Below, piece after piece: positions 17,208 to 28,400 of a stretch of DNA of 64,000 nucleotides. How positions within the stretch are numbered: position 1 is the first letter of the stretch; each line of letters begins with the position of its first letter. The stretch lies in the NCBI GenBank assembly GCA_050872785.1, contig JBNMHO010000001.1:22937-86936 (forward strand), in the 5' to 3' direction. A program made the position numbers and the translations under genes. The stretch comes from Clostridia bacterium. Lineage in GTDB: Bacteria; Bacillota; Clostridia; Christensenellales; UBA1242. Below the pieces are notes generated by a model. That model was not told the DNA's origin and did no database searches. It saw only the letters and a list, made by a program, of their open reading frames with translations.

Positions 17208-17471
17208 CACCCAAAACTATATTTATTATATTTGCCAAAATATTGATTATTACAACTAAAACGGCAATTTATTTTTGAAAAAATTATAGCACATTTTAAT
17301 CAACTTTTTTAATAGTTTTTTTTGTTAAAAATAATATTATCTTTTTTATTTAAAGTCTATACTATTTTTCAAAAAATTTATTCTTTTACGCTTATTTGTT
17401 TTACTTTGTTTTTTTAATTTTTATTACTGTTATTCATTATCAAAAACATTTTGCATGTTACACTATTTAGC

Positions 17472-17503
17472 AAAAAATCTCCCAGATAACTAGGAGATTT
17501 TTA
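17472..17503 (-). terminator. Rho-independent terminator of rpoC
   Basis: On the minus strand AAUCUCCUA-GUUAUC-UGGGAGAUU forms a 9-bp stem with one G-U pair. UUUUUG follows. It lies directly after the stop at 17508. Confidence 0.75.
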
Positions 17504-17507
17504 TGTT

Positions 17508-20500
17508 TTATTCTGCGTCTTCCGAAACGGCGGCGGCTGCTGCAGCAGCGGCTGCGGCTTCTGCTTCTTGTTGTTGTCTTTCGGCTTCTTTTCTTGCAAG
17601 ATATTCTTTTGAAATTGCTGGGAATATATCTCTATATTCTTTCATTCCAGTTCCTGCTGGGATAAGTTTGCCTATCATGATATTTTCTTTAAGTCCAACA
17701 AGGTGGTCAACTTTTCCTTTGACTGCTGCATCTGTAAGAACACGAGATGTTTCTTGGAAGGATGCTGCTGAAAGGAATGATTCAGAAGCGAGAGATGCTT
17801 TTGCGATACCCAAAAGAACACGTTTTGCGATGGCTGGTTTTCCACCATTCATCAAAATTTCGTTATTGATTTCTTCATAACGTTGGATATCTAGCATTGT
17901 GCCTGGGAGAAGGTCTGAGTCGCCTGGGTCTTCAATCTTAACTTTTCTGAGCATTTGTCTGATGATAATTTCAACGTGTTTTGCATTAATTCTAACGTCT
18001 TGCGCACGATAAACGCCCAAAACTTCTTTAAGAAGATACTCTTGAACACCTTTAAGGCCGATAACTCTTAAGATGTCATTTGGATAGATTGAGCCAGCCG
18101 TCAAGCATTGACCTGCTTCAACTGTATCTCCGTTCTTGACGGAAAGAATTGTTTTGTTCTTTGGTGGGGTCATATATTTAACTTCGCCTTCGGAACTGTC
18201 AACAATAATTCTGTATCTTTCGCCAGCGTCTTCAATTTTCACTTTGCCAGCGACTTCACTGATAATTGCTTCACCTTTTGGTCTGCGTGCTTCAAAAATT
18301 TCTTCAACACGAGGAAGACCTTGCGTGATATCTGCTTCAACGGAAACACCACCAGTATGGAATGTTCTCATTGTAAGCTGCGTTCCTGGTTCACCGATAC
18401 TTTGAGCAGCGATAGTTCCAACTGCTTCGCCTACGCTAACCATTTGGTTGGAAGCCATATTTCTTCCATAACATTTTGCACAAACACCTTGCTTTGCTTT
18501 GCAAGTAAGAAGTGTTCTGATTGTAACTTGAGTTATGCCAGCGTCAACAACTGCTTTTGCTTGTTGTGGAGTGACCATTTCGTTTGCTTTGACAATAACT
18601 TCGCCAGTTTTTGGATTGACGATATCATTAACCGTAACACGACCAGAAATTCTGTCTTCAAGTTTTTCAATAACTGTTTTATCTTTGACAAGGTCTGTAA
18701 CGACAAGCCCTTTTGGTTGTTCGCCAAGTGAAGCAAAACAGTCTTCTTCTGTTACAACAACTTCTTGAGCAACGTCAACAAGCCTACGAGTTAGATAACC
18801 AGAGTCAGCTGTTTTAAGAGCGGTATCAGCAATACCTTTACGTCCACCACGGCTTGACAAGAAGTAGTCGATTGGAGTTAGACCTTGAATAAAGCAAGTC
18901 TTAACTGGAATATCTATCTTTGTTCCTGAAGCACTGGACATAATTCCACGCATGCCGCACAACTGGTTAATCTGACCAGCCGAACCACGAGCACCAGAGT
19001 CAGCCATCATTCTGATTGGGTTCAATCTGTCGAGGCTGTTCATAACGACTTTGCCGACTTTTTCTGTTGTTTCGTTCCAAATTGTAACGTTTTTGGAAAT
19101 CTTTTCGTTGAAAGCAATAAGACCACGTCTAAATGCTTTTTCATTTTCAAGGACTCTTGCTTCTGCTTCCTTAATGACTTCTCTCTTTTCAGCTGGTTCT
19201 TTCATGTCATAAGCGTTAACAGTAAGGGCGCCGATTGTTGAATACTTGTAGCCAAGTTCCTTAATTTTGTCCAACATAACAACAGTTGGAGTTGAACCCA
19301 AAGCGTTGTATGTTGCACCAACAATTTTGCCAAGTTGTTTTTTGCCGACAACTTCTTCAATTTCATATCTCAAAGCATTTGCTTTAAGATTTCTATCAAC
19401 AAAACCAATGCATTGTGGCACGCAACGGTTAAGCAAAATTTTACCAACAGTTGTTTCCACTCTGCCTGTAATTTTTTCTCCGTGAAAATCTACAGTTCTT
19501 CTGACATAAATCTTGGATTGAAGTTCAAGGTTTTTGGTTTGATAAGCCATAATTGCTTCATCTTCGTCAATATATGAACTGCCTTCGTTCAACGCTCCTG
19601 GCTTGTCGATTGTAAGGTAATAGCAGCCAAGGACGATGTCCTGTGCTGGTGTCATAACTGGGTTGCCGTCAGCTGGTTTTAGAACGTTGTTTGAAGCGAG
19701 CATATTCATACGAGCTTCTGCTCTTGCTTCAAGTGATAGTGGAACGTGAACTGACATTTGGTCACCGTCGAAGTCTGCGTTGAAGCCAACACAAACAAGT
19801 GGGTGAAGTTTGATAGCTCTGCCTTCGCAAAGCACTGGTTCAAAGGCTTGAACACCAAGTCTGTGAAGTGTTGGAGCACGGTTCAAAAGGACTGGGTGGT
19901 CCTTAATAACTTCATCCAAAACATCCCAAACAACTGGTTTTTCTCTTTCGATAATTCTCTTTGCACTCTTTATGTTGTGTGACTCGTTCATTTCAACAAG
20001 TTTTTTCATAATGAATGGCTTAAAGAGTTCAAGCGCCATTTCTTTTGGAAGTCCGCATTGATAAATCTTAAGTTCTGGCCCAACGACAATAACGGAACGG
20101 CCTGAGTAGTCAACACGTTTTCCGAGCAAGTTTTGACGGAAACGTCCTTGTTTGCCACGAAGCATTGCTGTCAAACTCTTAAGATCTCTTGCTTTTGGCC
20201 CTTGAATTGCTTTGCCACGTTTGCCGTTTTCGATAAGGGCGTCAACTGCTTCTTGAAGCATACGCTTTTCGTTTCTGACAATAACATCTGGAGCGCCAAG
20301 TTCGATAAGTTTTTTAAGACGGTTATTTCTGTTGATAACACGTCTGTAAAGGTCGTTTAGGTCGCTTGTTGCAAAACGTCCGCCATCAAGTTGTACCATA
20401 GGACGCAAATCTGGTGGAATGACTGGGATGACGTCCAAAATCATCCATTCTGGCTTATTGCCACTCTTTATAAAGTCGTCAACAGTTTCAAGACGTTTGA

Positions 20501-21122
20501 TAGCCTTAAGTCGTTTTTGTCCTTTGGAAGTTTTAACGATTTCTTTAAGTTCTGCATATTCCTTTTCAAGGTCAACTTCAGAAAGAAGTTGTTTGATTGC
20601 TTCCGCACCCATGCCTGCCTTAAAGGAGTTTGGGCCATATTCGTCCAAAGCATCACGATATTCCTTGTCGGAAATAACTTGTTTGTATGCAAGTGGGGTG
20701 TCTTTTGGGTCAAGAACTATATAATTTACATAATATAGAACTTGCTCCAAAAGTTTTGGAGTTATGTCTAGGATTGTGCCAATTCTGGAAGGAATGCCTC
20801 TGAAGAACCAAATATGGCTGACTGGTGTTGCAAGTTCAATATGCCCCATTCTTTCACGTCTAACTTTGCTGCTTGTAACTTCCACGCCGCATTTGTCACA
20901 GATGACGCCTTTGTAGCGAATTCTTTTATACTTTCCGCAATGACATTCCCAGTTTTTTCTAGGCCCAAAAATACGTTCACAGAACAAGCCATCTCTTTCT
21001 GGCTTTAAAGTTCTGTAGTTGATAGTTTCTGGTTTTGTTACTTCGCCATAACTCCATTCTCTAATTTTTTCTGGCGAAGCGATGCCTATTTTCATTGAAT
21101 CAAGGTTGTTTAGTTCAAACAT
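17508..21122 (-). CDS. rpoC: DNA-directed RNA polymerase subunit beta' (1204 aa)
   Basis: It has the universal motifs NADFDGDQM and a zinc-binding CHCGKYK...CDKCGVEV. The C-terminal tail is unusual: [22 protein letters not shown]. Confidence 0.98.
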   Translation of the reverse strand: MFELNNLDSMKIGIASPEKIREWSYGEVTKPETINYRTLKPERDGLFCERIFGPRKNWECHCGKYKRIRYKGVICDKCGVEVTSSKVRRERMGHIELATPVSHIWFFRGIPSRIGTILDITPKLLEQVLYYVNYIVLDPKDTPLAYKQVISDKEYRDALDEYGPNSFKAGMGAEAIKQLLSEVDLEKEYAELKEIVKTSKGQKRLKAIKRLETVDDFIKSGNKPEWMILDVIPVIPPDLRPMVQLDGGRFATSDLNDLYRRVINRNNRLKKLIELGAPDVIVRNEKRMLQEAVDALIENGKRGKAIQGPKARDLKSLTAMLRGKQGRFRQNLLGKRVDYSGRSVIVVGPELKIYQCGLPKEMALELFKPFIMKKLVEMNESHNIKSAKRIIEREKPVVWDVLDEVIKDHPVLLNRAPTLHRLGVQAFEPVLCEGRAIKLHPLVCVGFNADFDGDQMSVHVPLSLEARAEARMNMLASNNVLKPADGNPVMTPAQDIVLGCYYLTIDKPGALNEGSSYIDEDEAIMAYQTKNLELQSKIYVRRTVDFHGEKITGRVETTVGKILLNRCVPQCIGFVDRNLKANALRYEIEEVVGKKQLGKIVGATYNALGSTPTVVMLDKIKELGYKYSTIGALTVNAYDMKEPAEKREVIKEAEARVLENEKAFRRGLIAFNEKISKNVTIWNETTEKVGKVVMNSLDRLNPIRMMADSGARGSAGQINQLCGMRGIMSSASGTKIDIPVKTCFIQGLTPIDYFLSSRGGRKGIADTALKTADSGYLTRRLVDVAQEVVVTEEDCFASLGEQPKGLVVTDLVKDKTVIEKLEDRISGRVTVNDIVNPKTGEVIVKANEMVTPQQAKAVVDAGITQVTIRTLLTCKAKQGVCAKCYGRNMASNQMVSVGEAVGTIAAQSIGEPGTQLTMRTFHTGGVSVEADITQGLPRVEEIFEARRPKGEAIISEVAGKVKIEDAGERYRIIVDSSEGEVKYMTPPKNKTILSVKNGDTVEAGQCLTAGSIYPNDILRVIGLKGVQEYLLKEVLGVYRAQDVRINAKHVEIIIRQMLRKVKIEDPGDSDLLPGTMLDIQRYEEINNEILMNGGKPAIAKRVLLGIAKASLASESFLSAASFQETSRVLTDAAVKGKVDHLVGLKENIMIGKLIPAGTGMKEYRDIFPAISKEYLARKEAERQQQEAEAAAAAAAAAAVSEDAE

Positions 21123-21155
21123 AAGAATCTCCTTATTTTCTTTGCATCAAAAATT

Positions 21156-24100
21156 TTATTCAAAGTCGTCAAACAGTGAGTTTTCATCAAAGTTGTCAAA
21201 CGAGTCGTTTTCAGCATTAACTGCCTCTTCTTCAGAAACAATGTCTGAAGTTGTTGGGGTGTCGTCAAGGTTAAGTTCAATGTCTTGACTTGGTTCTTTT
21301 GACTTGATAACAAATGGTGCTGGTTCAAGTTCATCGTTTGTAAGTTCGCTGATTGACACTTCTTGTTGTTCTTCAGTTAGGATTCTTATATCAAGCCCCA
21401 AACTTTGGAATTCTTTTATCATAACCTTAAATGACTCTGGGATGCCTGGTTCGGCGATTGGATAGCCTTTAACGATTGATTCATAGGTTCTATTTCTGCC
21501 AGTGACATCGTCTGACTTAACTGTAAGCATTTCTTGTAGCAAGTGAGAAACACCATATGCTTCAAGCGCCCACACTTCCATTTCACCAAATCTTTGACCA
21601 CCAAACATTGCTTTACCACCCAAAGGTTGTTGAGTGACCAAAGCGTATGGTCCAGTGGAACGAGCGTGCATTTTGCTATCGACCATGTGGTCAAGTTTGA
21701 GCATATACATCACGCCGACAGTAACTCTGTTTTCAAATGGTTCACCTGTTCTGCCGTCATAAAGAACCATTTTCCCGTCTTCTTCAAGGTCGTTATCTTT
21801 CATAAGTTGGAAAATTTCGTCAGCATGTATGCAGTCAAATGCTGGAACAGCAACTTTCCAATTCAATGCTTTTGCAACTTTGCCAAGCAGAACTTCAAGC
21901 ACCTGTCCTACGTTCATACGGCTTGGAATACCAAGTGGGTTAAGAACGATATCAACTGGGGTTCCGTCTGCCATAAATGGAAGGTCGGAAAGTGGAAGGA
22001 CACGACTTACGACACCTTTGTTTCCGTGACGTCCAGCCATTTTGTCACCAACGGAAAGTTTACGCTTTTGAGCGACATAAACTTTGACCATTGTGTTGAC
22101 CCCGGCCTCAAGTTCGTCTTTATTCTTTCTTGTGAACACTTGAACGTCCACAACAATTCCGCCATGTCCGTGTTGAACACGCAAAGATGTATCTCTAACT
22201 TCTCTCGCCTTTTCGCCAAAGATTGCACGAAGAAGTCTTTCTTCTGGGGTGAGTTCAGTTTCACCTTTTGGAGTAACCTTTCCAACCAAGATGTCGCCTG
22301 TTCTAACTTCTGCACCAATACGGACAATTCCGTTTTCGTCAAGGTTTTTCAAAGCGTCTTCGCCAAGGTTTGGAATATCTCTTGTTATTTCTTCATCACC
22401 AAGTTTTGTGCTTCTTGCTTTGCTTTCCTCAACTTTAAGAGTGATTGAAGTGAACAAGTCTTCTCTTACAAGTCTTTCGGAAATCAAAATAGCGTCTTCA
22501 TAGTTGTAGCCTTCCCAGTTCATGTAGGCGATTGTCATGTTCTTTCCAAGAGCAAGTTCGCCGTCCTTTGTGGAGAAGCCGTCTGCAAGCACATCACCTG
22601 CTTCAACTCTTTGATTTTTGATAACTGCTGGTTTTTGATTTATGCAAGTATCTTGGTTCGTTTTTGTAAATTTGATAAGATTGTAGCAATCTGTTTCGCC
22701 ATCATCATTTTTAACTCTGATTTCGGTTGCTGAAACATATGATACATAACCTGCTTTCTTTGCAAGCACCATTGCACCAGAGTCAACGGCAATTTTATGT
22801 TCGATGCCTGTTGCAACGATAGGTGCTTCGGTTCTGATAAGAGGCACAGATTGACGTTGCATGTTAGAGCCCATAAGCGCACGGGCTGTATCGTCGTTTG
22901 CAAGGAATGGGATAAGTGCTGTTGCAGCAGAGATAAGTTGTCTTGGAGAAACGTCCACATAGTCAACTTCGTTTGCTGGCACTTCGATAATTGCGTCTTT
23001 ACGTCTAACAATGACACGAGGGTTTACAAATCTGCCCTCTGGGGTTAGTGGTTCGATTGCTTGTGCAATGCAGCAATTTTCTTCTTCGTCTGCCATAAGA
23101 TAGACGACTTCGTTTGTAACAATTCCCTTTTCTTTGTCAACAACTTTAAGTGGTGACATAAGGAAGCCATATTCGTTTACTTTTGCATAGGTCGCAACAG
23201 AGTTGATAAGACCAACGCCTTGTCCTTCTGGAGTTTCAACAGCACAAATTCTGCCATAGTGAGAATAGTGAATATCACGAACTTCGGCAGTTGCTCTTTC
23301 TTTCTTAACACCGCCAGGTCCAACAGCGGAGATTTTTCTCTTTTGAGTAAGTTCACTTACTGGGTTAACTTGGTCCATAAGTTGTGAAAGTTGTGAACTT
23401 GCCAAGAAATCTTTGAGAGCCTTGTTGACTGGTCTTGCATTGATAACTGATGCTGGGCTGACTGTTGACAAGTCTTGTGCTTGCAAAGTTTCACGAATGA
23501 CGCCAGCAAGTTTTGTGATGCCGCTTCTGAAAGCACCTTTCATAAGTTCGCCAACTGTTGCAATACGTCTGTTTGCAAGGTGGTCGATGTTGTCAATTTC
23601 GCCAATGCCTGCGTTCAAGTCAAGATGATAACTGATTGTTGCAAAGATGTCGTCCATTGTAAGTTGGAAGTTCATAAGTTCCTTTGCATGGTCTCTTATT
23701 GCTTGAAGTCTTTCATCTTTTGTCTTGTATTCTTGAAGGAGTTTTTGAAGGGTTGGATAATAGACCATTTCAAGAACGCCAAGTTCTTTTTCGTCACATG
23801 GGAAAATTGCAGAAAGTTCAACACGATTGTTACCCACTATTTTATGTGGGACAAACTTGTCGCCTTCCATTTGGAATTCGCCACGCAATGTTTTTGCTCT
23901 GACCCAAACTTCATTTATGCCAGAATTTTGAATTTTCTTTGCGACATCTCTTGGGATAATTTCCCCGTCTTTAACAACAACCGTGTTGCCAATTTTGATA
24001 TCGCCATATGCTGTTTCGCCAGTGATACGAGTGGCGATTGAAAGTTTTTTGTTAAGTTTGTATCTTCCCACACGAGCAAGGTTGTAATATTGATGTGTGA

Positions 24101-24890
24101 AGAACAAAGAGTTTATATAGTTATAAGTTGCTTCGGCACTTGGCACTTCTGTTGGACGCATTTTTTTGCTGAGTTCAATAAGTGCTTCTTCTTGAGTTTC
24201 TTGCATTTCTTTTTCAAGAGTTGACTTAATAAGTGGATTGTTGCCAAAGATGTCCAAAATTTGTTTTGAAGTGTAGCCAAAACACTTTAGGAATACACCC
24301 AAAGTTACTTTGCTACTTCTGTCAACAACCATTTTCAAAATGTCAGAAACATTTTGTTCAATTTCAAGCCATGTCCCGTGAGTTGGAATAATGGTGCCGT
24401 TGAATAGATATTTACCAGTCTTGTCTTGTTCTTTGCCAAAATAGGCACTTGGGCTACGAACGATTTGGCTGACAATAACCCTTTCAATACCGTTAATGAT
24501 AAAAGAACCTTCCTCTGTCATAAGAGGAACATCACCCAAGAAAACATCTTGTTCGGTCACTTCGCCGTCTTCTCTGTGGACAAGACGAACACGTGCTTTA
24601 AGAGCGACAGAGTATGTAATACCCTTTCTCTTGCACTCTTGTTTAGATTGTTTTTTTGTTGGGTCCAAAGTGTAGTCAACAAAATAGATTTCAGCCTTTC
24701 CGCTGTAATCCATAATTGGAGAAAATTCTTCCAAAACTTCTGCTATGCCAGTTTCCAAAAATTCTTTATAAGAGTCCTTTTGGATAGCAAGAAGATAAGG
24801 CATCTCGATTGGCTCTTCAATCTTTGAAAAATTTATCCTTTCTACATTGCCATATTTTGTTTTTTTCATTGCAAGACTTTTTTGTGCCAT
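21156..24890 (-). CDS. rpoB: DNA-directed RNA polymerase subunit beta (1244 aa)
   Basis: Conserved beta-subunit blocks are present: GRHGNKGVVS and FGGQRFGEMEVWALEAYG. An acidic C-terminal tail and an AAGGAG RBS are present. Confidence 0.98.
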   Translation of the reverse strand: MAQKSLAMKKTKYGNVERINFSKIEEPIEMPYLLAIQKDSYKEFLETGIAEVLEEFSPIMDYSGKAEIYFVDYTLDPTKKQSKQECKRKGITYSVALKARVRLVHREDGEVTEQDVFLGDVPLMTEEGSFIINGIERVIVSQIVRSPSAYFGKEQDKTGKYLFNGTIIPTHGTWLEIEQNVSDILKMVVDRSSKVTLGVFLKCFGYTSKQILDIFGNNPLIKSTLEKEMQETQEEALIELSKKMRPTEVPSAEATYNYINSLFFTHQYYNLARVGRYKLNKKLSIATRITGETAYGDIKIGNTVVVKDGEIIPRDVAKKIQNSGINEVWVRAKTLRGEFQMEGDKFVPHKIVGNNRVELSAIFPCDEKELGVLEMVYYPTLQKLLQEYKTKDERLQAIRDHAKELMNFQLTMDDIFATISYHLDLNAGIGEIDNIDHLANRRIATVGELMKGAFRSGITKLAGVIRETLQAQDLSTVSPASVINARPVNKALKDFLASSQLSQLMDQVNPVSELTQKRKISAVGPGGVKKERATAEVRDIHYSHYGRICAVETPEGQGVGLINSVATYAKVNEYGFLMSPLKVVDKEKGIVTNEVVYLMADEEENCCIAQAIEPLTPEGRFVNPRVIVRRKDAIIEVPANEVDYVDVSPRQLISAATALIPFLANDDTARALMGSNMQRQSVPLIRTEAPIVATGIEHKIAVDSGAMVLAKKAGYVSYVSATEIRVKNDDGETDCYNLIKFTKTNQDTCINQKPAVIKNQRVEAGDVLADGFSTKDGELALGKNMTIAYMNWEGYNYEDAILISERLVREDLFTSITLKVEESKARSTKLGDEEITRDIPNLGEDALKNLDENGIVRIGAEVRTGDILVGKVTPKGETELTPEERLLRAIFGEKAREVRDTSLRVQHGHGGIVVDVQVFTRKNKDELEAGVNTMVKVYVAQKRKLSVGDKMAGRHGNKGVVSRVLPLSDLPFMADGTPVDIVLNPLGIPSRMNVGQVLEVLLGKVAKALNWKVAVPAFDCIHADEIFQLMKDNDLEEDGKMVLYDGRTGEPFENRVTVGVMYMLKLDHMVDSKMHARSTGPYALVTQQPLGGKAMFGGQRFGEMEVWALEAYGVSHLLQEMLTVKSDDVTGRNRTYESIVKGYPIAEPGIPESFKVMIKEFQSLGLDIRILTEEQQEVSISELTNDELEPAPFVIKSKEPSQDIELNLDDTPTTSDIVSEEEAVNAENDSFDNFDENSLFDDFE

Positions 24891-24959
24891 TTTTGCTCCT
24901 TAATAAAATGTTTGTTTATCGTTGTTTTTGGGAATAATATAAATAAGATTGCATGAATG

Positions 24960-24988
24960 TTTATAAATGTTTTTATCAGAATTTACAA
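24960..24988 (-). promoter_or_regulatory. Candidate rpoB promoter
   Basis: On the minus strand: TTGTAA (24988..24983), a 17-nt spacer, then TATAAA (24965..24960), with a T-rich upstream tract. A second candidate lies farther upstream: TTGACT-17-TAAACT with TGn at 25154..25126. Confidence 0.35.
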
Positions 24989-25367
24989 AAAAAAAATTAT
25001 GCTTGATAACTCAATTCAACTAACACTAAACTAAATTAAAAAACATAATTTTGACATGCAGATACCTTCTTTTATTTGATTAAATCCTACAAAAAGCAGC
25101 AATATAACAGTTTATCGTAACTCAGAGTTTATCACAAGGGGAAAATTAAGTCAATAGTTTTTTCAAAAAAAATTTATTTTGTCAAGCATTTTTTGCAATT
25201 TTCTCCAATTTTGGCAAAAAATATCACTATTTTCTCCCCAAAAACTATGTTACATAACAAAAATATCACACTTTTCCACATATTTCAATGTTAAATTTGC
25301 ACAAAAATTCATTTTTTGTGGATAAAGTAGTGGTAGCTCTTATTTTTTCTTTCTTCTTTCTTATTTC

Positions 25368-25397
25368 AAAAAAAATATCCCCCAGTTTGGGAGATAT
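25368..25397 (-). terminator. Strong rho-independent terminator after the 5,799-aa gene
   Basis: On the minus strand AUAUCUCCCA...UGGGGGAUAU forms a 10-bp stem with one mismatch, followed by U8. The stem spans 25375-25397. It starts 3 nt after the stop at 25401. An A/T-run on both sides makes it potentially bidirectional. Confidence 0.8.
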
Positions 25398-25400
25398 TTT

Positions 25401-28400
25401 TTATTTTTTGACCACTGTCACAAATATGCACACTGCGTCTTTTACATAGTTAGTAATTTCAACTGTTACACTTTCACTTGTGCCAAAGTCTGTTTTTTGA
25501 GTTATAACTTCCCTTGTGCCGTCAAGTTTTAAGATTGTAAGTGTTATTGCTTCCATTTCGCTATCTTTTGCAACTTCAAGTGAATAGTTGCCGTCAATAT
25601 CTGCCAAAAGTCCACGGAAAGTGTTGCCTTGTTCTTGATAAACAAGTGGAGATCTTGACACATCTTTTTCCACAAGAGAAATGTTTGCTGCGAATACACT
25701 TGTAAGTGCAATGTATGCTTTTTGTGATTTGAGGTGAATGGCTGATGAACTGCCTGACCAGTAGGCTGGTTGAAACAATGTTTGGTCTGCGGTGTTAATT
25801 GAGAATTTGGTAAAATCTGATGAGTAAACGGTTGCATTTTTATCAATAGCTGGGTCAGATAGTCCAATTCCATTTTGCGCTGAGCCAAAGTTGCCAGCAC
25901 TGTCAAACATAACGCTTACATCACCGCTAAAGTTGTCCTTATCTCTTGAATATCCAATGATGCCGCCGACTGCAATGTTTTTGCCAGTTAGAACGTCTTG
26001 ATAAGTTGAAGATTGAGAAATTGTGTGAGTAATTGTTCCGCCGATTGAAATGCCAACAATTCCGCCGATGTATGAGAACACGCTTCCGCTTGAAGTTTCA
26101 CCTTTTATAGATGAATTCAAGCAACTTTCAACATATCCTGTGGAGTAGCAATTTCTCATTGTGCCATAGAACATATATCCAACAATTCCGCCCACTGCGT
26201 CAAACAATGTGGAACTTGTCTTTATTGCTCCAGAGTTTTGACACGCTTCAATAGCCATTTGATTTGCCAAATATCCCGCAACGCCGCCACCATAAACATT
26301 GGCTGGTTGGCTGCCAACAGACATTGCCACAACATTGCTTTCATTTGTGCAATAGGACATTCCTGCCAAGGTTGCTTCGCTGTTATAGTTTGACATAAAG
26401 CCAACAATTCCGCCAGCGAACACTCTTTCTGACAAACTTATTCCGCCGATATTTATTGAAATATCTTTAAGTTTTGAAGCACCAGAAGTTGAGTCTTCCT
26501 CATAAATTCTTGAGTTATAGTCACTGAGATCAATGTAGTTTTCGCCTGCAGCAAGAGTTTTTGTAGAAGGTCTGCTTAGGATGTTTTCCATTTTGTATTG
26601 GATAGTTCCAGAAACATAACCCGCAACACCGCCAACATACACTTTGCCAACATTCTTTGCAAGGACTGCTGTTGAAACTGAAATGTTTTTGATTGTTGTG
26701 TTGTTTGCATAGCCGACAACTGTTCCAACAAACATATTTGTTGTTGAAGTTGAACTTTCCACTTTGACAAATGCGTCTTTTACATATCCATTTATGATAT
26801 ATGCATTGCTTGTCCAGCCAAACAGTCCAGCATAATTGTAACTTAAGTTGTCGATTGTAAGACCGCTTATTGTGTGCCCGTTAAAGTTGAACACGCCGCA
26901 GAAAGCCGTTTGCTCGCTCTGACCTATTGGGGTGAAGAAACGTCCAGAGAGGTCTATGTTTGCTGTGAGGATAAACTCACAATGTGCCGACCTCATTCCA
27001 CTGTTAACTGCAAGAGATAGCCATGCAAGTTCTTGAGGAGTAGAGATAAGATAAATTTGATTTATGCTAGAGTCTTTGCTTGAAAGTTCTTGAGCGCCTA
27101 AGACTTCTTCAGCGAACATAATATCATTTGCGTCTGCTGCCGCTCTTACTCTTGACTTGTATCCGTCAACTTGAGTGGAGAAACTGAGAAGTGAGTCACA
27201 TTCTGTGTTTTTCCATTCTAGTCCCACGCCACGAAGCGAAGGATAAAGTTCACCTTTTGAACCTTGTGGGTTGAGTGAATATTCTTTTGCCCAAATTGTA
27301 GATTTTTTGCCGTCTGAAGTGGAAGAGGTGAGATTGTCAAACACTGGAGTCACGCCTTCGCCGTCAACTTTCTTCATTTCGCCGTCAACAATTTCAAACA
27401 ATGCTGGGGTTGCGGTCAATTCTTTTCCGCCGTTTGTGCAAATGTTAAACACATTTACAAGTTCCCCGTTTTCTTGGCTGCCAACAACCATAACTGTTTC
27501 GCTTGGCTTTGATGGACTGCCGATACTTATAAGTCCGTTTGTGCCGTTGTAGCAATTTACAACTGAAGAATTTTTAAGATTTGCCACAAGTCCGCCAACA
27601 CATTGTGTTCTTTCAGTCAATTTTGCATTTGCTTCAACTGAAACATTGTTATAACTTGTGTGAAGTCCAAGTTTTGCTGATTGTGTGTCAAGACTATTTT
27701 CAAGGTTGCAAACTATGCCGCCCGCAACAAGGTCACCCACAATGCCACAACTTTTTGCTTCACCAATTTCCGTGTAAACATTTTGGATAAGTGTGTTATT
27801 CGCTTTTGCAACAACACCAGCTGCGTTATTCACATTTTTAACGATAGGAGAAATTACACCAAGGTTTGCAATTTTGGAATTTCTAACCACGCCGAACAAG
27901 CCGCCAAGTTTCAAATCTTTAATGCCACTTAAAACAACTGCTGTGCCGTCAACGGTCATGTTATACACCGAGTAGCCGCCACCTTCAAATGTTCCCTCAA
28001 ATGGGAATTCTTCTGTCCCTATTGGAATCCACAATTTGTTTGAGAGGTCGATTGCGTTTCTGAGTCTAAATGTCTTGCCTTTTGTGTCAAGAGTGCCAGA
28101 ATTTGAGAGAAGTGCAAGATTTGCAAGTTGTTCTGGAGTGTCAATAACATAATCTCCGCCAACTTGAACCATATCTTCAACACTGTCTGTCCAAATGGTG
28201 TTTGGGGAGTTGTTGGCAAGTGTTGGATACCAAGTTGCATATTTCCATTCCCAAGTTGCATCGTCAACTCCGTTTCCAAAGTTCCAAATTGCTTTTCCGC
28301 CCTCTGGGTTATAAGTGCTTTCTTCTTTAAGCGTTGTTGATATTCTGCCTTTTGCAAATTTTTCTTCTTCATAATTGGCTGGAAGTTCGCCGCCAAGTCC

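Noticed and set aside
17208-17471. A very AT-rich 260-bp tract between the rpoC terminator and the 90-aa gene promoter. It could be a degraded mobile element or an origin-like region.
   Set aside because: I could find no DnaA-box clusters, inverted terminal repeats or ORFs. It is most simply a spacer or UP-rich region.
24891-25400. Possible small RNA or tRNA in the 510-bp spacer upstream of rpoB, including an 18-codon ORF (ATGAATTTTTGTGCA...).
   Set aside because: No cloverleaf-compatible or GC-rich structured segment is present, only AT-rich hairpins and promoter-like hexamers. The mini-ORF lacks an RBS.
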